This document shows positions 51,657-60,379 of a stretch of 60,379 nt of DNA, in pieces. Under the pieces are notes generated by a model. The model had not been told where the DNA came from, did no database searches, and saw only the letters and a list, made by a program, of their open reading frames with translations. Position 1 is the stretch's first letter, and each line of letters begins with the position of its first letter. Origin of the DNA: Octopus sinensis (Eukaryota); assembly GCF_006345805.1 (NCBI RefSeq), contig NW_021832579.1, forward strand, positions 1-60,379. Reading direction: 5' to 3'. The position numbers and the translations under genes are program-made.

Positions 51657-51806
51657 ACATCACAAAGTTTCACTGTTATATTTAAAGTCTGCTTCTTGTA
51701 TTATTTCCATGAGTGAACAGGCAACATATACAATGGTATACAAGATTCTGTAGTAAAACCAAGGGAGACTTTAGACCACCTGTTATAGCTCTATAACGAT
51801 CTATAT

Positions 51807-52522
51807 CAGGGATGGAGGAACCCCCGCCTCTGGGAACAAGTGCACCCGTAAAGCCCATTTTATTGAACCTGCTGGTATACTCATTTATACAAAGTATTGT
51901 AAATTTTTCACTTATAAAATTTATACCTGTGCAGGTGGCACGTAAAAAGTACCCACTACACTCACGGAGTGGTTGGCGTTAGGAAGGGCATCCAGCTGTA
52001 GAAACACTGCCAAATAAGACTGGAGCCTGGTGCAGCCTTCTGGCTTCCTAGATCCCCGGTTGAACCGTTCAACCCATGCTAGCATGGAGAACGGATGTTA
52101 AACGATGATGATGATGATGATGAAGCCTATGCCTCTTTGCGACATAGGTCACGTTTCTACTATGACTTGAAATGGTTAGACTCAAGCAGAAATCATTTGG
52201 TATTTGAATGGGAATTTTGTTTTTGCTATAAAACACATATTAGTAGGTTTGCACCTCCCCCCCTTGAGACCCAACTACACTCTAGCCGAAAAATATAGAA
52301 TACCTCATAAGTAATATAAACGTCCTAAACTCAGTGACAGCAATAATGAAGATTTTACACATTAATTCAATGCATTAAACTTATCTTTATTAATGTATAT
52401 CGAATTATACATAGATATAAACAAGATTTATACAGGTATAAGAGGTAGAACTTGTGGTCTGCCTGCAGACCGTTTTCATTGGAAATTTTTGCCCTCTGCA
52501 TTAAAAGGTTTCCCCACTCCTG
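51807..52522. mobile_element. hAT-type non-autonomous element containing a nested SINE
   Basis: TIRs cagggatggaggaacc / ggtttccccactcctg; perfect 8-bp TSD ATCTATAT. Confidence 0.9.
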
Positions 52523-53148
52523 ATCTATATAAAAGAACAATCAACTAACATCTAATGAATATCCTTCTCAAATAGAAGACAATAACATCAGTATAATCCA
52601 TTTTACCTACCAGACTCATGTTGAAAGATTTTTATAGATGTGTCCACTCTGCAGAGTGGTTGGTTTTAGGAAGGGCATCTAGCTGTAAAAACTCTGCCAA
52701 AATAGACACAGTAGCCTGGGGTAGTATTCTACCTGGCCAGCTCCTGCCAACTGTCCTACCCATGCATGCATGGATGATGGATGTTAAATGATGATGTGTC
52801 ATTTTGATAGAGGACAGCAGATGCACTTTTATGGCAAAACAAATGTTTTGGTTACACCACAAGAAGCAGACCCTTGCCATTGATGTGGTAGTATCATGCA
52901 AGAAAAACAAAAGTGTGACACAGGTAGGGAATACAGGCCTGGACTTCATTCTCATGAATAATATAAGCAATAAATCATTATTTGACATTAGTGAACTTGC
53001 TTTGTATCATCTTGCAGTGTAAATTCTTGTAGTAGAGGTAGACCACTCACAGGAGTATAAAAGTGGAGGTAGGCCACATACTAAAGTAAAATTGACCAGG
53101 TAGAGTGCACACTAAATTGGCACCCAATGAGGCAATGAAAACACATAC

Positions 53149-53259
53149 AAAAGCTACCACAGTTGAAATGTCATCAGGTTCAAGTGTCTTTAGAGCACCA
53201 ATGTCAGTGCCCAATATAAACACATTTTGAATTTCATTACGCCAATTCTCAAGCAGCAG
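53149..53259 (-). CDS. Candidate exon c4: LLLENWRNEIQNVFILGTDIGALKTLEPDDISTVVAF
   Basis: gaacag|CTG ... TTT|gtatgt, 111 nt, phase 0-0. Lies inside track ORF 53047-53370. Confidence 0.4.
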
Positions 53260-53562
53260 CTGTTCACACCAGCAAAACGAGTGTATCAAAAGCAAATGAA
53301 TTTCAAATAGTAAATACACTAAATAGAGCATGTAACCAGTAATCATATATCTTGTAGTTCTGCAAGCCACTATATCTCAAAGTAAAAGCAATGTGGCCCA
53401 GATTCTTTGAATAATAACAAGGAAAATAGTGTACCCAGGATAACTAACCACTCAGTTGCGGAATAACTGAATTATGATCCTTTGACTGCAAATGCAATTC
53501 TCAAGCAATTATTTACTAAACTGATGTAATATCTATCAACAGCAGTATGCAGGCATGAGATA

Positions 53563-54282
53563 TTACATAGGAATGTGTGAGGGACCTTTCAAGAGTGCTT
53601 CTAGGAATTACAAATCCACCTTTAAATTTACAAATAAGAATAACACATCGCTGTCATGCTATGCATGATAACTGAAATAGAATACACTAATTTTAAAGTA
53701 TTTTAGCCTACAACAACAAATACATTAACAGAAGAAATTTCTTCAGTCTCAGTAGCAGAGAAAAATTTTATACATTAATTAAAACGACAGACATTCTAAA
53801 CAGGAAAACTGAATTTATATCAATATGCTGTCATGAGAATAAAATTTATTTTCTTTTCGATCAAAACAAAACCATTCGAAATGTATTAATTTGCCAGAAA
53901 TAGATTGCTACCCAGCTGGAAGTCTACCATCTCACAAACTGAATGCGCAAAAGTTATTTTTTTCCTGATATATCATCCAAACATACTGAAAATACAAGTA
54001 TACGTGAGTGTATGTGTGTGCTAGTATGTGCACATGTATGTTGTGTGAGTGTGAATGTGTTGTATGTGTGAGAGAGAAGGGGAGGGAGGGAAGGAGAGAA
54101 AGAGAGAGAGAGAGAGAGTGTTTCAAATAGATTTAATTTAAACTAATCTAAAATTAATGTCTCTATTCTAGTCACCATGCACAGCATGACAAATATGCTT
54201 GTTATTGTTGTATGTAAATTTAAAGATAGATTTGTTGATCCCAGAACAACTCTTAAAAGGTCCCTCACATATTCCTATGTAA
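53563..54282. repeat. Imperfect inverted repeat with about 135-bp arms (53563-53697 and 54148-54282)
   Basis: ttacataggaatgtgtgagggacctttcaagag...gtcatgc..gcatg matches the reverse complement of the right arm at roughly 80% by eye. Confidence 0.85.
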
Positions 54283-54297
54283 CTGTTTTCTGTTTAC

Positions 54298-54426
54298 ATA
54301 ATGTGTAGTCAGCGATGTAAAGGATATGCATTCAACACTGGCCAGTCTACTTTCCCTAATGGCTCCTAGCATTTTGGTCCCTATCTGAGGAGGGATCAAC
54401 AACTTCATCAAATCTGATATTATATC
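54298..54426 (-). CDS. Candidate exon c3: DIISDLMKLLIPPQIGTKMLGAIRESRLASVECISFTSLTTHY
   Basis: gatttttgtag|GAT ... TAT|gtaaac, 129 nt = 43 open codons, phase 0-0. Confidence 0.4.
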
Positions 54427-55351
54427 CTACAAAAATCATAATTAACTCGTAAAATGTATCTTCAACACAACACACATATATATATATATGAATTACACAA
54501 TTCCCCATATATCACGAAGCATTCAATCATACTCAGGAACTGTAAAAAGAAAACAGAAAAACAGTTTGAGAAGCCACACAAATGTGAACTCATAAATCCC
54601 AGAACGAATAACCTAGGAATAGTTCATAAGACAGTCCTGTCTACATCAAGTCGTCTGAAAGCAATTTGTCTGCAACAGTTTATATAACACAATTTGTCTG
54701 GTAATATAATTTATTTTCACCGTCTTGCCTAAAATACAATTTATGTCTGAAAATGAATTCATCAAGCAATAACAAACAAATCAAACTGACATACCACACA
54801 CACACACACACACATTACTACCCTACACAGACACTTCCTTCATACAGAGACTCCTCAACATAAACCCTACCCCACCCTCCTGATACACACAACCAAAAGC
54901 CCACACAACCACACACAGACACACTTTTCTGCACATATATTTCTATGCTTACACTACTAGACAAAATGATTAAATACTACTATTACAATCCCTACAACTG
55001 CTACAACTAACCCCACCCCCACCGCTGTCATTACCATTAATGCCGCTGTCATCAACTCCACTGTTACCTCCAAAACCAACAATATCAACAACAACAACAA
55101 GGTTGTCATCGTTAGCACTATTTGTTTCTGGATATAATATTTTAATTTCAATTTTATGATTTTAATTTCAGTTTTTAGAATAATTTTATTTTAGACAATT
55201 TGTTTCAGAGAAATTTCTTTCCTTAAATGCTGTCTAGATTCAAAATAAACAAAGGAATCAAACAATCTACAAACAGCAGCCTCTGGAACAACGCTTTAAC
55301 CATTATTAAATGTTTTAACAATGTCAGGAATTAAAAAAACCTGAGCAATAC

Positions 55352-55419
55352 AATGTCATTGATTATTATAAAGTCACTTTGACACATGTGAGGCACACTG
55401 TACACTTCTTCAGTAACAT
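55352..55419 (-). CDS. Candidate exon c2: (D)VTEEVYSVPHMCQSDFIIINDI
   Basis: cattccttccttcaaacag|AT GTT. Donor ATT|gtattg (alternative AG|gttttt at 55341). Phase-compatible with c1. Confidence 0.35.
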
Positions 55420-56034
55420 CTGTTTGAAGGAAGGAATGAGCTTACGTACAACACAAACATTTGATCATCTTCATCATCATCAGCAGCATCATCATCATCA
55501 TCTTTGTTTAGCGTCCGTTTTCCATGCTAGCATGGGTTGGACGGTTCAACTGGGGTCTGGGAAGCCAGAAGGCTGCACCAGGCCCAGTCTGATCTGGCAA
55601 TGTTTCTATGGCTGGATGCCCTTCTTAACGCTAACCACTCCGTGAGTGTAGTGGGTGCTTTTTACGTGCCACCGGCACGGAGGCCAAGCGAGGCTGGCAA
55701 CAGCCACAATCAGATGGTGCCTTTTACGTGCCACTGGCATGAGGTCAGTCGGGCCAGCGCTGGCAACGGCCACGTTCGGATGGTTCCCTTATGTACCACC
55801 GGCACTGGTATCGCAGCTGCAATTTCCATTTGATGTTGATTGATTTCGATTTTGATTTTGATCAGTAGAAACAAATCATCTTTGAAGGTTATTCAGCAAG
55901 AAATTGAGCCTTTCCTAACGCCAACCATTCCAAGAGTGTAGTGGGTGCCTTTTATGTGTCATTGGCATGGGTGCTTTTAGGTACAGACATGGGTGCTCTT
56001 ACATGTCATCGACACCAGCTGTAACTACAATTTC

Positions 56035-56520
56035 ACTTATATTATTTACATTATTTACATTTGACGGATATTTGTCCTCATCTTGTTTGTTGTTAACACG
56101 TTTCAGCTGATATACTCTCCAGCCTTCATCAGGTGTCATGGGGAAATTACGAACCTGGGTTCTCACTTCTAAGGTATTTTTCGATGTTGTTATTATTATT
56201 ATTATGATTATTATTATTATTATGATTATTATTATTATTATTATTCAGGCCACTGCCTGGAATCAAACTCAGAATCTTGGGGTCTGTAGCCCGCACTCTT
56301 AACCACTATGCCATATGCCTATGAGCATATGGCATAGTGGGCATAATAATAATAACACCAAAAAATACCTTAGGGGTGAAAACCCAGGTTCAAAATTTCC
56401 CCCAAGACACTTGATGAAGGCTGGAGAGTATATCAGCTGAAACGTGTTAACAACAAACAAGATGAGGACAAATATCCATCAAATGTAAATAATGTAAATA
56501 ATTACTCAGCTCTTGAATAT
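56035..56520. mobile_element. Head-to-head fold-back of a tRNA-headed SINE whose body carries a hammerhead-like motif
   Basis: Minus strand: A box TGGCATAGTGG, B box GAGTTTGATTCC, (TAA)n linker, then CTGATGA (56132-56126) and GAAA (56104-56101). Mirrored on plus strand 56325-56500. Confidence 0.7.
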
Positions 56521-56539
56521 AAAACTGTACAACTTCACT

Positions 56540-56890
56540 TGTCATCACCTCCATGAAACTCAACATTCAAAGATCATATTTCATCACCTCATCCCATGTC
56601 TTCCTGGGTCAACTGCTTCCACAGATTCCCTCCAGTTAGAGATTGGCATTTCTTTATACATCACATGACCATACCAGTGCAGTCTTCTCTCTTTCTTGCA
56701 CACTACATCTGATGCCTCTTATGCCCAATTTTTCTCTCAAGATGCTTACACTCTGTAGTACATGCACACTGACATTGCAGATCCAGCTTACCATACCAGC
56801 TTCACTTCTTTCAAGCCTTAGCATGTCCCTCTGCAGTCATAGCCCCTGTTTTACTGCCATGTAGCATGGTTGTTCATACACAGACAGGCA
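56540..56890 (-). mobile_element. RTE-clade LINE 3' fragment, degenerate
   Basis: MLHGSKT, RRLHWYGHVM and an RPRKTWDEV-like end on the minus strand, with frameshifts. Confidence 0.75.
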
Positions 56891-58129
56891 GTGTGCTGTG
56901 TTCTTGCTCAAAATACTTCATCTCACATTGCTCTCTATAATCACTCCATCGTCTCACATGTGGCACACCAAGCACCTGTACAGGCAACATCGATTTGAAT
57001 GATGAAGTGAATGTATGTACAACTCAAACATTTGATTATGAGAAACAAATCATTTTCACTGGTTGCTTAGCAAGAAATTGCAGAACCATTTTTCTTAGAC
57101 TCAAGAGATTACCAAGAAGATGATTAATCTTTGCTGAACTAGAATCTTCTAAAAGTCAAACCCCTTTCAAAGAGCCCATGTGGGCATTAAATAAGATTAT
57201 GTGACAAATTATATTGCATGCTGGAAGTCCCACGTTCTTCAACAAGGATGAATGCTGGGTTATGAAATGGCAACTGAGAGCTCTCTCTTTCTCTCTCTCT
57301 CATCCCTCTGTTGTATCCAACAATCCAGATCCCAAACTAATCACTTTGGCCAGTCCTTTCTTGTCAAAATGTCATCCTTCAAAAACTGCGTGGCACCTTG
57401 GGCAAGTATCTGCTACTATAGCCTCGAGCTGACCAAAGCCTTGTGAGTGGATTTGGTAGACAGAAACTGAAAGAAGCCTGTCGTATGTATGTAAGTATGT
57501 ATGTATGTATGTATGTGTGTATGTATGTGTGTGTATGTATGTATGTATATGTTTGTGTGTCTGTGTTTGTCCTCCACCACTGGTTTATAACCGGTGCTGG
57601 TGTGTTTACATCACTTAGCAGTTCAGCAAAAGAGACCGATAGAATAAGTACTAGGCTTACAAAGAGTAAGTCCTGGGATCGATTTGCTCAACTAAAGGCA
57701 GAGCTCCAGCATGGCCACAGTCAAATGACTGAAACAAACAAAAGAATAAAAGAAAGAAAAAATAAACCAATGAACTAAATGTTTGCAATATTTAGTTATA
57801 TCTCTTTTTAATTCTAAGTTTTTTTTTTTAAAAAAAAGCAAGTTATACCAAAGTCCGAATGGTGAAGAAATTTGCAAGCTGGAAAACATTGGTCTCAAAT
57901 TTTTGGTACACAGCTAGTAATTTCGGGGGAAGGAGACAAATTGATTAAATCAACCCCAGTGCTCAACTGGACCTTATTTTATTGATCCTAAAATGACGAA
58001 AAGCAAAATCAACTTTGATGGAATTTGAACTCAGAACATAAAGACGGACAAACTTCAAGTAAACATTTTGCCCAACGTGCCAACAATATTGTCAGCTTGG
58101 CACTTAAATCAAGTTGGTAAACATATTAC

Positions 58130-58930
58130 CATTTTGAAATGTAGATCTCTTTTTAAATAGAATTAAATGCACATTTGGTGCAAATAAATGTGCAGCTGAC
58201 ATAGCCAGGAAATGGATCTTAGCAACTTTCAACAGACTCAACCTGAAGGTGACAGTTGAAGATATCTGTACACAAGTAACTTTCTTTGATTTTACTCCTG
58301 ACTTATTCTATGGTTTGCGTAACCCATTCAAAATACGAAATACAATTTCATTATGCATCCACACACATACACACAAAAAAAAAATCAAATATCAGATACC
58401 TAACAGTATCAATAATAGGCTAACTCCTTTTTTTTTTTATCATCGGACAAAGCCAAATGCAGTCATTGTTCCATGAAAAGCAGATAACCACCAGGGACAA
58501 ACTACAACTATTTCAAATACTCAAGGAAGAGAAATATGGAATACAACACTAATAGGGAAAAGCAAAAGCGTTACAAAAGCAATATTTTCTTCTCACTGAT
58601 CACTAAACACTTTCTTGGCAGACGGAGATTACATTATTCATTCAACAACAACAACACTACGAAGATGATTTTCTACAGCATGAACATGTCCAGTATCATA
58701 AAGAGCCACAACATGGTTATCCCACGGCAACACCAATGCCAGTAAAGGAAATAAATGTGAATGTCATAACAAAGAGACCTGCTCTTATGTTGTGAAAGGA
58801 GCATAGTGTATTGCACAAATGTATTGCCAGGTTTCTATATAAATTTAACAAAATATATATATTCACGTGCTTCATGCACCCATACAAATCATGTAATAGC
58901 TATCTGGAAAAATAACCTTGTAATGCCATC
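58130..58930 (+). mobile_element. Penelope-like element coding remnant (RT C-terminal half, linker, GIY-YIG start)
   Basis: VDLFL..FG, LNLKVTVE..VTFFDFTPDL, QIPNSINNRL, FFSLITKHF..NNNTTKMIFYSMNMSSIIKSHN, CECHNKETC match the Penelope motif order. Confidence 0.8.
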
Positions 58931-59127
58931 TAAATCATCATCATCATAATCATTGTCATCATTTAGTGTCCACTTCTCTATGCTTGCATGGGTCAGACAA
59001 AGTTTTTTTTTTTTTTAAATTTAAGGCAGGTTTTCTACAGCTAGATGACCTTGTCACCGACCTTTACTAGTTTCCAAGCAAGGAAATTTCTCTATAGCTA
59101 GTCATATTCTTGCAGAATATTGGCAAA

Positions 59128-59344
59128 CATTAATCCCTCGACTGTCGTGGGCATTACATTCCAAAACACCCACGATAATTGAAAATCCACAAAGTAGAAA
59201 CAGTACTGTATATTTTTTTTAATTATTTTTATAATTTGCATATATTCATTTTATTATAAATACAAAACACCACCATGGAGGAATCAGCGTAAGCTTAGAT
59301 AATAAACCATGAATGGTGAACCACGATATAGCAAAGGATTACTG
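59128..59344. mobile_element. Tigger/pogo-like MITE
   Basis: Degenerate TIRs cattaatccctcg / gcaaaggattactg|TA. Confidence 0.6.
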
Positions 59345-59475
59345 TACGAGAAATGAATGACACTGCTTGTATGACAGTGATGCTCATTTACAACCATCAC
59401 ACAAGGAGACAGAAACACACTCACAAAAAGGCATTCAAATGTTGGGTATGTCAAGGTAAATGTTTAAAATTTTAC

Positions 59476-59546
59476 CTGATAACGGTGGATTAACTACCAT
59501 GATGCAATCTTTTATGACTACATTAAATAGAATTCCACCAAAACAG
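59476..59546 (-). CDS. Candidate exon c1 of an unidentified gene: CFGGILFNVVIKDCIMVVNPPLS
   Basis: ttacaacag|C TGT ... TCA G|gtaaaa, 71 nt, one open frame, unique sequence. No family recognised. Confidence 0.35.
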
Positions 59547-60379
59547 CTGTTGTAAATTTTAAGTACCACTTGTGTTTACATATATATGTATATATCACCA
59601 TGATCCCCGTAACCGACCAGGGCCTATCAGCTGTTTCTACACATTGCTGGCCACAATGCACTTCGCATTGTTTTTTAGCCTTCAAATGAACCCCCGCTGG
59701 GTTTATATATATTGTATGTATGTTGCATTTAAAAGAAGAATATATGGACTGTATTTATTGTGTAACTTCATGTGCTACCAAATACAAAAACATATGTAAC
59801 ATGAAATTAAGGTCTACCAAGTTCAAAGATGTTATCTTGTCTCTCATTATTGATGTGTTCTCTACATTATGTTTTAGCCTTCTTCAGACTGTGCAGGATC
59901 ATGCAATGGAAAGAACTTAATGTAATTAACAATAAAAGCTGAAATCTGTCAGGTACTAAGTACATCCATTCTTATAAGAATGTACACACACATGTGTGTC
60001 TGTCACAGAGAGAGAGAGAGAGAGAGAGAGTGTGTGTGTGTGTGTTGAAATATATACAGAGAGAAAGAGAGATATTTGCATATGTTACAAAAAAAAGCAA
60101 CAACAACAAAAAAAAATTATACAAAAATATGTAAGTGTATATATATGTACACCTCGTGTCCATATATTTGCATGAAATGACCACAAACTACACAGCTCAT
60201 AATTAGGGGTTACTGGTCATTATCTCATAGAATTGAAGAAAAAAAAAACAGAAAATGTGGGGTCCAAGACACAGCATTAATATTAAGCTGTCAGTTTTGA
60301 TTTGACATAGTATTTCTATATGTATGAGCATCTGTGAGTGGTGTGCGTGTGGCAGTGAGAGTCTGCTTTTTAATAAATA

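Noticed and set aside
53047-53370. Hydrophobic stretch resembling GPCR TM1, or a FANCB-like EQLLL..TDIG motif
   Set aside because: The similarity is too short and no other motifs of either family are present.
58622-58795. Plus-strand exon-like frame TEITLFIQQQQHYEDDFLQHEH...PALML* after a good-looking acceptor
   Set aside because: It overlaps the Penelope remnant in another frame, whose motifs explain the sequence better.
59820-59940. Minus-strand segment FIVNYIKFFPLHDPAQSEEG after a cag acceptor, as another exon of the candidate gene
   Set aside because: It hits TAA before any GT donor; only a poor GC donor is available.

Overview
AT-rich, microsatellite- and SINE-saturated eukaryotic DNA. 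The repeat families suggest an Octopus-type coleoid cephalopod (inference). The one firmly identifiable gene is the 3' half of a neuroendocrine prohormone convertase 2 (PCSK2/PC2) on the minus strand: six GT-AG exons (27692-27867, 24364-24579, 21419-21519, 17880-18113, 12453-12617, 6794-7082) that splice in frame into about 392 residues. They cover the PC2-diagnostic oxyanion Asp (ASGDGG), the catalytic Ser (HSGTSAA), the P domain and the stop. I found no exons for the catalytic Asp/His or prodomain in the remaining 32.5 kb. Instead, unique sequence at 43.5-59.5 kb holds a phase-consistent chain of seven candidate exons for an unidentified same-strand gene. The rest is an element graveyard: several tRNA-derived SINE families, RTE, CR1, R4/Dong-like and Penelope remnants, piggyBac-, hAT- and pogo-type MITEs, a Tc1/mariner fragment and a non-autonomous Helitron. 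Several Penelope-like or SINE-like repeats carry hammerhead-ribozyme cores, and there are many long fold-back structures. Repeat boundaries are approximate. Comparisons with other species are from memory, not database searches.
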